Shown here: positions 17,661 to 26,545 of the stretch, one piece after another
Position numbering within the stretch: the first letter of the stretch is position 1
How the letters are laid out: each line of letters begins with the position of its first letter
Assembly (NCBI GenBank): GCA_963755285.1
Contig: CAVWJB010000005.1
Span: forward strand, 94,433 to 158,432
Direction: 5' to 3'
From: an uncultured Chloroflexia bacterium
GTDB lineage: Bacteria > Chloroflexota > Limnocylindria > Limnocylindrales > CSP1-4
DNA: 64,000 bases
Translations under genes and position numbers: made by a program
Notes under the pieces: generated by a model
What the model was told of the DNA's origin: nothing
The model's input: the letters and a program-made list of their open reading frames with translations, nothing else
The model's database searches: none

Positions 17661-18584
17661 TCAGCTCCGCTCGAGCTCGCGGTGGAAGACCGCGACGGTT
17701 CCGAAGTCCTGCTCGCGGAGCCAGGCCGCGAGCGCCTCGCCGATCGCGATCGAGCGGTGGTAGCCCCCGGTGCAGCCGATCCCGATCGTCAGCCGGGTCT
17801 TGCCCTCGCCGACGTAGGCCGGGACGACGAACGCCAGGAACTCGTGGAGGAAGGCGAGGAACGCCTCGGTGGTCGGCTGGCCGAGCACGAACTCGCGGAC
17901 CTCCTCGGTCAGGCCCGACAGCGCCCGCAGCTCGTCGACGTAGTACGGGTTCTGCATGAACCGGACGTCGAACACGAGATCGGCCTCGAGCGGCAGCCCG
18001 TACTTGAAGCCGAAGCTGATGATCTGGATCGCCAGCCGGTCCGGGTCGGGCGAGTCGGCCAGGTTGGCGAAGAGCTTCTCGCGCAGCTCGCGCAGCGGCA
18101 GGTCGCTCGTGTCGATGACGACGTCCGCGTCGTCGCGGATCGGCTCGAGCCGTCGCCGCTCCTCGGCGATCGAGCTGGCGATCCCGCGCTGATCGGCGAG
18201 CGGATGGCGGTGGCGCGTCTCCGAGAACCGCCGGATGAGGATCTCGTCGCGGGCCTCGAGGAAGAACACCTGGGGTCGGATCCCGCGGCCCTCGAGCGCG
18301 CCGCGCATCGCGGCGAGGGCGACGACGACGTCGCCGGCCCGGACGTCGAGCACGATCGCGGTCTTCTCGAACCGCTCGCGATCCTCCGACACGAGCTCGG
18401 CCAGCTCCGGCAGGAGCTCGCCCGGCAGGTTGTCGACGCAGATGTAGCCGAGGTCCTCGAACAGCTTCGTCGCAGCCGTCTTGCCGGCCCCCGACAGGCC
18501 GCTCAGGATCACGACGTGCTGGCTGGCGGGCGGGCCGGCGGCGGCGGCCGGGTCGGATGGATCGAGGGATCCGGGGCCACTCAT
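17661..18584 (-). CDS. rapZ: RNase adapter protein RapZ (YvcJ)
   Basis: 307 aa; Walker A VVILSGLSGAGKTAA..., C-terminal ...IGCTGGYHRS... Confidence 0.85.
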   Translation of the reverse strand: MSGPGSLDPSDPAAAAGPPASQHVVILSGLSGAGKTAATKLFEDLGYICVDNLPGELLPELAELVSEDRERFEKTAIVLDVRAGDVVVALAAMRGALEGRGIRPQVFFLEARDEILIRRFSETRHRHPLADQRGIASSIAEERRRLEPIRDDADVVIDTSDLPLRELREKLFANLADSPDPDRLAIQIISFGFKYGLPLEADLVFDVRFMQNPYYVDELRALSGLTEEVREFVLGQPTTEAFLAFLHEFLAFVVPAYVGEGKTRLTIGIGCTGGYHRSIAIGEALAAWLREQDFGTVAVFHRELERS

Positions 18585-18626
18585 CGTGGGCAGTCTACGC
18601 TGCCGCCGCGAGCGAACCGGGAAGCG

Positions 18627-19448
18627 TCACTTGCCGGTGCGAGCGATGAACCAGGTCGTCAGCTCGAACAGGATGTACATCGTGCCGCCGAGCACGAACG
18701 GGCTGACCAGGTCGCCGCCGGGCGTGGCGATGGCCGAGAAGATCGCGATCCCGAGGATCACGTAGCGGCGCGACGCGCGCAGGCGCTGCGAGGTCAGGAT
18801 GTTCACCCGCGACAGCGCGAACAGGATGATCGGGAACTCCATCGTGAGGCCGAAGGCCAGGAACAGGGTCGTGACGAAGTCGAAGTACGAGCCGGCCGTG
18901 ATGAGCGGCTGGAGGTCCGCCGTCTGGAAGCTCAGCAGGAATCCCGCGGCGTAGGGCAGGATCACGTAGGCGATGGCGCAGCCGAGCGCGAAGAAGAACA
19001 GCGCGAGCGGCACCCAGGGCCGGATCAGACGCCGCTCGTTCGAGGTGAGCCCGGGGGCGATGAACCGCCAGCCCTGGTAGAGGATGACCGGCATCGCCAG
19101 GATCACGCCGACGACGAGCGAGATCTTCATCCGGATGAAGAACGGGTCGCCGAGGCCGGTGAAGAACAGCGGCGAGCTGCTCGGGATCGGCGCCTTCAGG
19201 AAGGCGATGATCTGGTCGCCGGCGGCAAAGCCGACCGTCGACGCCACGGCGACCGCCAGGATGATCTTGAACAGCCGTGAGCGGAGCTCGCCGAGATGGT
19301 CGACGAGGCTCATCACCGCCTCGCCGTCGGCGGGCTCGGTCGGTGGCACGGTGGGCGTCGGGGGCGTGGCCGGGACGGTCGTCAGCGCCGAGCTGGCTCC
19401 CGTCCCCGGGTCCGGGGCAAGCGCGTCCGGCGTCGGTTCGTCGGCCAT
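18627..19448 (-). CDS. tatC: twin-arginine translocase subunit TatC
   Basis: 273 aa; six TM helices; LVDHLGELRSRLFK..., ...ATPGGDLVSPF... Confidence 0.85.
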   Translation of the reverse strand: MADEPTPDALAPDPGTGASSALTTVPATPPTPTVPPTEPADGEAVMSLVDHLGELRSRLFKIILAVAVASTVGFAAGDQIIAFLKAPIPSSSPLFFTGLGDPFFIRMKISLVVGVILAMPVILYQGWRFIAPGLTSNERRLIRPWVPLALFFFALGCAIAYVILPYAAGFLLSFQTADLQPLITAGSYFDFVTTLFLAFGLTMEFPIILFALSRVNILTSQRLRASRRYVILGIAIFSAIATPGGDLVSPFVLGGTMYILFELTTWFIARTGK

Positions 19449-19481
19449 GACGATCGTGCTCCGCGGGCCCGCTGAGGCGGG

Positions 19482-19922
19482 CTAGGAGACGTTCTCGGAG
19501 TCGGGCTGGTCGGCGGGCGACGCGGCGACCGGGGCGGCCGCATCCTCGACGGGCGGAGCGACCGGCGCCGACTCCACGACGGCCTGGGCCACGGGCGGCG
19601 GCGCCGCGACAGGAGCCGCGGGCGGCGCCGCGACCGGCGCATCGGCGGCCACTGGCGCCGGGGTGGCGGCAACCGCGGCGACGACCGGCGCCGCAGCGAC
19701 CGGGGCGGCGGGCGCGGCCGGTGGCTGGCTGGCGGCCGCCTCATCCGGCGGCAACGGCGAGGTGTCGACCTTGACCGCGTCCTGGATGTCCGACGATGCC
19801 TTGCGGAACTCGCGCAGGCTCTTGCCGAGGGCGGAGCCGACGTCGGGCAGCCGGCCCGGCCCCAGGATGAGCAGCGCGATCACGAGGATGATGACGAGTT
19901 CGAGCGGACCAGGGGTGGGCAT
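19482..19922 (-). CDS. tatA: Sec-independent translocase TatA/E-family protein with a long A/P/V-rich C-terminal tail
   Basis: 146 aa; N-terminal TM plus amphipathic helix LGPGRLPDVGSALGKSLREFRKA, then about 90 aa of low complexity. Confidence 0.75.
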   Translation of the reverse strand: MPTPGPLELVIILVIALLILGPGRLPDVGSALGKSLREFRKASSDIQDAVKVDTSPLPPDEAAASQPPAAPAAPVAAAPVVAAVAATPAPVAADAPVAAPPAAPVAAPPPVAQAVVESAPVAPPVEDAAAPVAASPADQPDSENVS

Positions 19923-19967
19923 CGGTAGGTGCTGCTCCTTACGTCCGAGACGCCCTGAATTGGGCGC

Positions 19968-20840
19968 CTACAGTAGCACAGGGAGGCGTTTGGCCCAGTC
20001 GCGGGCGGCCTCGGCGAGGGCCTCTCCGGGGTCGGCCGCGACGCCTCTGTCCGGGGTTCCCGCCGCGGCGCCGGAGATGCCGCGCGAGACGTTGACGACC
20101 AGTCCTCCAGCGGGCGATCGGCCTGCCGGCGGAGCGGTCGCCGGGCCGTCGCGGAGGACCGGCTCGACCTCGCCACCCTGGGCCCCGACCCCCGGCACCA
20201 GGAACGCCAGCCCGGGCGCCGTGGCCCGGATCCGGGCCATCTCCTCGGGGGCAGTGGCGCCCACCACGAGGCCGACCGTGCCGCCCGGACCCCAGTCTCC
20301 AGCGCGCCGAGCGACCCGCAGGTAGAGCGGCTCGGCCGGAGCGTCGTCCGCGCTCGATACGTGGACGTCCTGGAGCTCGCCGGCACCCGGGTTCGACGTC
20401 CGGCACAGGACGTAGGCGAACCGATCCGCTCGCTCGATGAGCGGCGCGATCGCCTCCGATCCGAGGTACGGGTTGACGGTGATCGCGTCGGCGCCGAGCC
20501 GGTCGAACAGGGCCACCGCCTGGCGCGCCGCGGTCGAGCCGATGTCGGCGCGCTTGGCGTCGGCGATGAACGGCACGTCGTCCGGGACCGAGCCGCGGAG
20601 ACGCTCGAGGGCCGCGATCCCGTCGGGGCCGAACGCCTCGAAGAAGGCCAGGTTCGCCTTGACGGCCGTCACCGATGACAGGGACGATTCGAGGATCAAC
20701 CGGCAGAACGCCTCGATCCCCTGAACGTCGGGCGCGAAGCCCGGCGGGAGACCGGCGGGATCCGGGTCGAGGCCGACGCACAGGACCGTCCCGGTCGCGG
20801 CAGTGCGGGCCGCCAGCCGTTCGAGGTAGCCGCCGATCAC
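19968..20840 (-). CDS. pyrF: orotidine-5'-phosphate decarboxylase (type 2)
   Basis: 290 aa from GTG 20840, which overlaps the stop of the upstream gene (GTGA). Motifs VLCVGLDPDP, KANLAFFEA, DAKRADIGSTA. The listed 414-aa ORF extends through antisense sequence. Confidence 0.8.
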   Translation of the reverse strand: MIGGYLERLAARTAATGTVLCVGLDPDPAGLPPGFAPDVQGIEAFCRLILESSLSSVTAVKANLAFFEAFGPDGIAALERLRGSVPDDVPFIADAKRADIGSTAARQAVALFDRLGADAITVNPYLGSEAIAPLIERADRFAYVLCRTSNPGAGELQDVHVSSADDAPAEPLYLRVARRAGDWGPGGTVGLVVGATAPEEMARIRATAPGLAFLVPGVGAQGGEVEPVLRDGPATAPPAGRSPAGGLVVNVSRGISGAAAGTPDRGVAADPGEALAEAARDWAKRLPVLL

Positions 20841-22090
20841 GGAGCCGACGAGCCGCTCGGGCTGGCCGCGGGTGCGGCGGTCGGCGGCGGCGCCGGGAGC
20901 TGGTCGGGCGGGATGAACCAGCTCGCGCCCGATCCGCCATCGAGCCCGCTGTACTGGGTGATGTCGGGCAGCTGCTCCGCCTTCCAGGTCGGTGCGTCGC
21001 CGCTCAGTCCGATCAGCTTCAGGTCGACGATCAGGCCCTCGATGTGCATGTAGGCGATCGTGTCGCCCTTCGGCGACCAGACCGGCGCCCACGATCGGCC
21101 GTCGTTCGTGAGGCGGAGGACCTCGCTGCCGTTGCGGGCGTCCAGGATCGCGACGTCGGTCCCGAGCGCGCTCGTCTTCGTCACGGCGATCCAGCGACCG
21201 TCCGGAGACCACGACGGCTGCATGTAGCCGGGTGCGCTGAGCACGACGTTCTTCTTCGTCGCCGGGTCGTAGCGGTAGATCGTCGGCGCGCCGCGCGTGC
21301 CGTCGCGTCCGTTCTTGACGTAGAGGAGCAGCTTGCCGTCGGGTCGCCAGGCCGGGTCCTGGTGCCCGAGCGGCGGGTTCTCCGGGAGGTTGAGCCGGCG
21401 CGTCTTGTCGGTCGCCGTGTCATACGTCTGCATGACCACGTCGCTCTTCGTCGGGTCCGGCCCGTCGGAGACGATGGCCACCGTGTGGCCGTCGGGTGAG
21501 ACCCGCGGCTGGCGGATCCAGAAGAACCAGGTGTAGGAGCCCTGCTTGTAGCGACCGCTGAGCAGCTTCTCCGCCCCGGTCCCATCGGGATGGACCCGGG
21601 TCAGGACCGGGTAGTCCATCGAATAGCGGTTCGGGCCTTCACCGCCACCCGGGAAGTAGCCCTGGTCGTGGACGCTCTCGATGTAGTAGATCCACTGGCC
21701 ATCGGGTGACCAGCTCGGCATCGAGCCCGTCCCGCTCGTCGTGATCTGGGTCGCCTTGTTGCCGGTCTGCGTCCAGAGGTTGCCCTGCTTGACGAACACG
21801 AGGGTGCCGGGGATGTTCGTGCGCGGGTCGACGATCACCACGTTCGACGGCGCCGGGGTCCGGATCGGCCCCACCGCCCCACCACCGTTGTTGCCTCCCC
21901 CGCCCCCGCCGCCACCGGACGGAACGGGGACGGATCCGGTGAGCAGGGCCAGGGTCACGAGGGCGATGACGACCAGGCCGACCGTCGCGAGGACCGGCGC
22001 CACGAGTGTCCGCGGCGCTCCGATCCCGTACGGATCCGGGGTGGTCCGCGTTCCGCGGATCGCTCCGAACCGACTCGCCCGGCGGGCCAT
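20837..22090 (-). CDS. TolB-like periplasmic PD40/WD40-like beta-propeller protein with an N-terminal membrane anchor and poly-Gly linker
   Basis: 417 aa from ATG 22090. TM ...LVAPVLATVGLVVIALVTLALL, G8-NN-G3 linker, repeated SWSPDG/SPDG blades. Start overlaps the recJ stop (TGATG); the stop is coupled to pyrF. Confidence 0.7.
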   Translation of the reverse strand: MARRASRFGAIRGTRTTPDPYGIGAPRTLVAPVLATVGLVVIALVTLALLTGSVPVPSGGGGGGGGNNGGGAVGPIRTPAPSNVVIVDPRTNIPGTLVFVKQGNLWTQTGNKATQITTSGTGSMPSWSPDGQWIYYIESVHDQGYFPGGGEGPNRYSMDYPVLTRVHPDGTGAEKLLSGRYKQGSYTWFFWIRQPRVSPDGHTVAIVSDGPDPTKSDVVMQTYDTATDKTRRLNLPENPPLGHQDPAWRPDGKLLLYVKNGRDGTRGAPTIYRYDPATKKNVVLSAPGYMQPSWSPDGRWIAVTKTSALGTDVAILDARNGSEVLRLTNDGRSWAPVWSPKGDTIAYMHIEGLIVDLKLIGLSGDAPTWKAEQLPDITQYSGLDGGSGASWFIPPDQLPAPPPTAAPAASPSGSSAP

Positions 22091-23853
22091 CAGCCGAGGC
22101 CCGCCGCGACCGGCGTCGGACGGGAGGCGGTCACGAGCGACGCCGCGTGGCCGGCGGGAGCCACGTCCCGGATCTCCAGCTGGATCGACTCGTACCCACC
22201 GAACCGGCGGGTCACGATCCGGGCCACGACGTCGAGCAGGTCGCCCTCGTGGATGGTCTCGGCGAGGTCCGACCGCCCGAACGCGATGCCGTCCACGACG
22301 TCGAGCCGCTTGCGCAACGTCAGCTGGGTATGGCCGCCGTTCGCGGCGCGGACACGGGTCACGGTGAGCCCCTCGACGGCAACGAGTGGATCCGGGTTCC
22401 CGGGACCGGTCGGATCGAGCCGATGGAGCTCGGCCAGGAACCCGTAGTCGACCTCGGGCGCCGGGACGACGAGGTCGATCCGGAGCTCGGGGCGTCCATC
22501 GGACGAGGCCGGGAGCGCATTCGTGACGAGCGCGAGGAACCTCTCGCGGAACGCATCCCAGCGGTCGGGGGTGAGCTCGAACCCGGCTGCGCCCGGATGG
22601 CCGCCATGCCGGACGAACAGGTCCGAGCAGTCGGCGAGGGCCGCTCCGAGGTCGAACCCGGCAGCGCTCCGGCACGACGCCCGGATGACCCCGTCCAGCT
22701 CGGTCGCGACGACCGCCGGGCGGCCGCGCTCCTCGGCCAGGCGGCCGGCGACGAGCCCGATGACGCCGACCGGCCAGTCGCCGCGCACGACGGTTGCCGC
22801 CGCATCGCCGGGCTCGGCCGCCAGGACCGCCTGCGCCTCGGCCATCGCGGTCCTGGTCAGGTCCCGCCGGACGAGGTTGGCGGCCTGGAGCGCTGCCGCC
22901 AGCTCGGCCGCCTCGAGCGGGTCGTCGGTGAGGAGCAGGCGGGCCGCCTCAAGCGCGTCGCCGACCCGGCCCGCGGCGTTGAGCCGCGGAGCGATGACGA
23001 AGGCGACCGTCTCGAGATCGACGCTCGCCGGAGCGGACCCGGCGAGCTCGAGCAGCGCCGCCAGACCGGGCAGTGGCGCGCTCCGCAGCCGGTCGAGCCC
23101 GAGCCGGGCGATCGCCCGGTTCTCGCCGATGATCGGGGCCACGTCGGCCACCGTGCCGATCGTCGCCAGCTCGGCCAGGGCGAGGGCATCCTCGGCCGCG
23201 CCCGGAACGCGGGCGAGGAGGAGCTGGGCGACCTTGAACGCCACGCCGCTCCCGGCCAGCCGGGGGTCGGGGTAGTTCGAGTCGTCACGGTGCGGGTTGA
23301 CCACCGCGACCGCGGGCGGAAGATCGGGTGGCAGCCGATGGTGGTCGGTGACGATGACGTCGATCCCCCGCCGGCCGGCCTCGGCGATCTCGGGGCCGCT
23401 GGTCGACCCGGTATCGACCGTCACGATCAGCGACCGACCGTCCCGCTCCGCGGCCTCGACCGCACGCAGGCTCAGGCCGTGCCCTTCCTCGAGACGGCTC
23501 GGGACATACGGTTCGGCGTCGATCCCGAACCGTCGGAGCGCCCGGACCATGATCGCCAGGCCGGTCAGCCCGTCGGCGTCGAAGTCGCCGAAGACGAGGA
23601 CGCGCTCGCCGGCCTCGCGGGCGCGTTCAATCCGGGCCACGAGGCTGGCGGCGTCGGGCAGCAAGGCGGGGTCGTGGAGACCCTCGCCGCTGGGCGCAAC
23701 GAACGCGGCCAGCGCGTCGACGTCGGCGACCCCACGCCCGACGAGGAGCGCGGCGATCCGTTCCGAGAAGCCTGCCGCGCTGGCCGCCGCGACGAAGTCC
23801 GGAGTCGGGTCGACGGGCTCGGGAAGATGCCAGCGGAAGCGCGGCTCGATCAC
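22090..23853 (-). CDS. recJ: single-stranded-DNA-specific exonuclease RecJ
   Basis: 587 aa; DHH motifs (VFGDFDADGLTG, IVTDHH), DHHA1 region GGHPGAAGF, C-terminal OB fold. Confidence 0.85.
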   Translation of the reverse strand: MIEPRFRWHLPEPVDPTPDFVAAASAAGFSERIAALLVGRGVADVDALAAFVAPSGEGLHDPALLPDAASLVARIERAREAGERVLVFGDFDADGLTGLAIMVRALRRFGIDAEPYVPSRLEEGHGLSLRAVEAAERDGRSLIVTVDTGSTSGPEIAEAGRRGIDVIVTDHHRLPPDLPPAVAVVNPHRDDSNYPDPRLAGSGVAFKVAQLLLARVPGAAEDALALAELATIGTVADVAPIIGENRAIARLGLDRLRSAPLPGLAALLELAGSAPASVDLETVAFVIAPRLNAAGRVGDALEAARLLLTDDPLEAAELAAALQAANLVRRDLTRTAMAEAQAVLAAEPGDAAATVVRGDWPVGVIGLVAGRLAEERGRPAVVATELDGVIRASCRSAAGFDLGAALADCSDLFVRHGGHPGAAGFELTPDRWDAFRERFLALVTNALPASSDGRPELRIDLVVPAPEVDYGFLAELHRLDPTGPGNPDPLVAVEGLTVTRVRAANGGHTQLTLRKRLDVVDGIAFGRSDLAETIHEGDLLDVVARIVTRRFGGYESIQLEIRDVAPAGHAASLVTASRPTPVAAGLG

Positions 23854-23904
23854 GCTGTCAGGATGCCACGACAGCCTGCACGCGGGCTTATCGCGGGGAT
23901 CCGA

Positions 23905-25113
23905 TCAGGAAGCCGAGCGGCGGGCCGGTCGGCCGGCCGCGGCGAGCTGGGCGCGCTTCCGATCGTCGCGGTTGTGCCAGACGACGAGGAGCGGTGCCGC
24001 GTTGAAGATCGAGGAGTACGTTCCCGAGACGATCCCGATGAGCAGGGCGAGCACGAAGTAATACGTCGCGGAGCCGCCGAACAGGAGCAGCGCCGTCAGC
24101 GTCAGGACGACGGTCAGGCTCGTGTTGATCGAGCGGGCGAAGGTCTGCAGGATCGAGTGGTTGACGATCCGGTCGAACGGCTCGCCGACATGCCGCGCCC
24201 GGTTCTCGCGGACCCGGTCGTAGACGACGATCGTGTCGTGGACGCTGAACCCGATGACGGTCAGCACGGCGGTCACGAACAGGGCGTCGATCTGGACGTG
24301 GAAGAACGTGCCGAGGATCGCAAACGTCCCGATCACGACGAGCACGTCGTGGACGAGCGCGACGAGGGCCGTCGCGCCGAACCGGAAGTCGTTGAAGCGG
24401 ATCGTCATCCAGATCAGGATCCCGATCGAGCCGAGCACCACCAGGAGGGCCGCCTGCTGGGTCAGCTCCTCGCTGATCACCGGTCCGACGGTCGACAGCG
24501 AACGCTGGGCGACGATCGGTCCGAGCTCGTCCTGGAGGCCGGCGGCCACCTCGCCGAACTTACCGGTCGTCGGCAGGTTGAGACCCCCGGTTCCAGGGCT
24601 GGCCGACGGACCCGGCGACGTACCCGGGCTGGCGACGGCCGACGCGCCCGGCGAGGCCGACGGGCCGGCCGAGGCCGATGCACTCGGGCTTGCGGCCGAC
24701 GACGCGCCCGGGCTGGCGGCGGCCGACGCTCCCGCCGAGGCCGAGGCGCCGGGAGCGGGGCTCGTGGACGCTCCGGCCGAGGGCGACGCGCCCGCCGACG
24801 GGCTCGGGCTGGGCGCCGCCGGAGGCGGCAGAGCGACCTGGCGTGACCGGATCTCGTAGAAGGCGTCGCTCGTGGCGATGACCGTCGCGTCGCTGATGCC
24901 CTGGCGCGCCAGGGCCGTCTTGATCTGGTCGGCGCCGACGTTCGGATCCTGGAACTTGATCTCCCACGAGGTTCCGCCCGTGTAGTCGATCGAGAACTGG
25001 AGCCCGACAGCACCATTCGTGATCGGCCCAAGGAGGATGAAGATCAGGCCGGGGATCGTCAGGAGCGCCGAGAACAGGAAGAACCAGCGGCGTTTGCCGA
25101 TGACGTCAAACAC
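23905..25113 (-). CDS. secF: protein translocase subunit SecF (with an about 80-aa S/A/P/G-rich insert in the periplasmic loop)
   Basis: 402 aa from GTG 25113 (V/MFDVIGKRRWFFLFSALL...), 8 nt downstream of the secD stop; six-TM SecF core ...FSVHDTIVVYDRVRENR... Confidence 0.85.
   Translation of the reverse strand: MFDVIGKRRWFFLFSALLTIPGLIFILLGPITNGAVGLQFSIDYTGGTSWEIKFQDPNVGADQIKTALARQGISDATVIATSDAFYEIRSRQVALPPPAAPSPSPSAGASPSAGASTSPAPGASASAGASAAASPGASSAASPSASASAGPSASPGASAVASPGTSPGPSASPGTGGLNLPTTGKFGEVAAGLQDELGPIVAQRSLSTVGPVISEELTQQAALLVVLGSIGILIWMTIRFNDFRFGATALVALVHDVLVVIGTFAILGTFFHVQIDALFVTAVLTVIGFSVHDTIVVYDRVRENRARHVGEPFDRIVNHSILQTFARSINTSLTVVLTLTALLLFGGSATYYFVLALLIGIVSGTYSSIFNAAPLLVVWHNRDDRKRAQLAAAGRPARRSAS
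24585..24835. repeat. coding low-complexity / short-period repeat (GAS-P-S-A units) inside secF
   Basis: Iterated ggcgacg/cccgggct/gccgag DNA units encoding (A/P)S(P)SAGAS...; not a CRISPR. Confidence 0.4.
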
Positions 25114-26499
25114 GGGCGCGGGCCTGGCGCGGTCCCCGTCCCGGTGTCCGGGCCAGGAACTCGTCCTCGCCGACGCCCCACAGGCTCGCCCGTCGCGCGA
25201 AGTTCTGCTGGACGACGACCCGCAGGAGCGTCCTGGAGACCGTCACCGCGGTGAACATCGACGTGAGCACGCCGATGATCAGGACGAGCGCGAAGCCCTT
25301 GATCGTCGGGCGAGCCGAACGCGTACAGGATGCCGGCGGTGATCAGGCTCGACACGTTCGAGTCGAGGATCGAGTTCCAGGCCCGGGCGAAGCCCGCTTC
25401 GACGGCGCTCGGCAGGGTCTTGCCGAGGCGAAGCTCCTCCTTGGTCCGCTCGAAGATCAGGATGTTCGCATCGACCGCCATGCCGACCGACAGGACGAAG
25501 CCGGCGATGCCGGCCAGGGTCAGCGTGACGGGGATCAGCCGGAAGACCGCCAGCACGACGATGGCGTAGTACAGGAGGGCGAAGTCGGCGACCAGCCCGG
25601 GCAGCCGATAGTAGATGAGCATGAAGCTGAACACGAGGCCGATCCCGATCACGGCCGCGATCAGGCTCGACTGGAGGAACTCCGCCCCGAGCGTGGCGCT
25701 GATCTGGGTGTCCTGGACCGCCTGGACCGGGAACGGCAGCGAGCCGTAGCGGAGGACGGTCACCAGCTCGTTCATCTGGGTCACCGCGTCCGGGCCCGAA
25801 CCCGTCGTGATGATCCCGGTCCCGCCGGTGATCGCCGAGTTGATGCTCGGGGCCGAGATGACCGTCCCGTCGAGCACGATCGCGAAGAAGTTCCCGACGT
25901 TGGCGCTCGTGTAGTCGGCGAACTTCTTGGCCGCGTCGCTCTTCAGGGCGAACGCGACGGCCGGCCGGCCGTTCTCGTCGGTCGACGGGTTGGCGCTCTC
26001 GAGCTGGTCGCCGGTGAACAGCGGGACGAGCGACTCATCCTTCGGGAGCGGCTGGCCGTCGATGATGCCGGTGGCGCTGCCGGTCGTCGACGCTGTTCCG
26101 TACTTGTCGGGTGGCAGCGGCACGAACGTCAGCTGACCGGTCGCGCCCGACGAGCCGTTCGATCTCCTCCCGGTCGGTCGCGCCGGGCAGCTCGACGACG
26201 ACCCGGTCGTTGCCGTGGACGACGACCACCGGCTCGGACACGCCGGTCGAGTTCACCCGTCGCTCGATGATGTCGCGGATGGTGGCCATCGCCGCCGCGT
26301 CGGGTGACTTGCCGTCGACCGGGATCGCCTGGTACTCGACCCGGAGGCCGCCCTGCAGGTCGAGCCCCAGCTTCGTCTCGAGGACCCGCGGGCCGGCCGC
26401 CGGGTCGCCGAAGGTGGGCAGCTTGAGACCCGGCCAGAAGTCGATCGCGAGCGCGAGCAGACCGATGACCACGATGAGGATGGGGACGAAGCGACGCAT
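25106..26499 (-). pseudogene. secD: protein translocase subunit SecD carrying two single-base frameshifts (near 26142 and at the GGG run 25308-25310). Most likely assembly indels in a functional gene.
   Basis: The N-terminal frame (26499...) ends ...EIERLVG| and the middle frame resumes |ATGQLTFVPLPPDKYGT...; the middle frame leaves SecD after ...ILYAFGS|. The +1 frame continues IKGFALVLIIGVLTSMFTAVTVSRTLL... to a TGA 4 nt after the secF GTG. Deleting one C from ccc restores GSPTIKGFA. Confidence 0.8.
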
Positions 26500-26545
26500 C
26501 GCGGCGGACTATACCAGCGTCCGGGCGGGCGGGCCGGAACGGGGT

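Noticed and set aside
16137-19280. 1047-aa plus-strand ORF
   Set aside because: Antisense to whiA, yvcK, rapZ and tatC; low-complexity Arg/Asp/Gly-rich translation with no domain-like segments.
24585-24835. Short-period DNA repeats inside secF considered as a possible CRISPR or minisatellite
   Set aside because: They are in frame inside an intact secF, encode an Ala/Ser/Pro linker, and have neither spacers nor cas genes.
22006-24846. 946-aa plus-strand ORF
   Set aside because: Antisense to recJ and secF; same compositional artefact.
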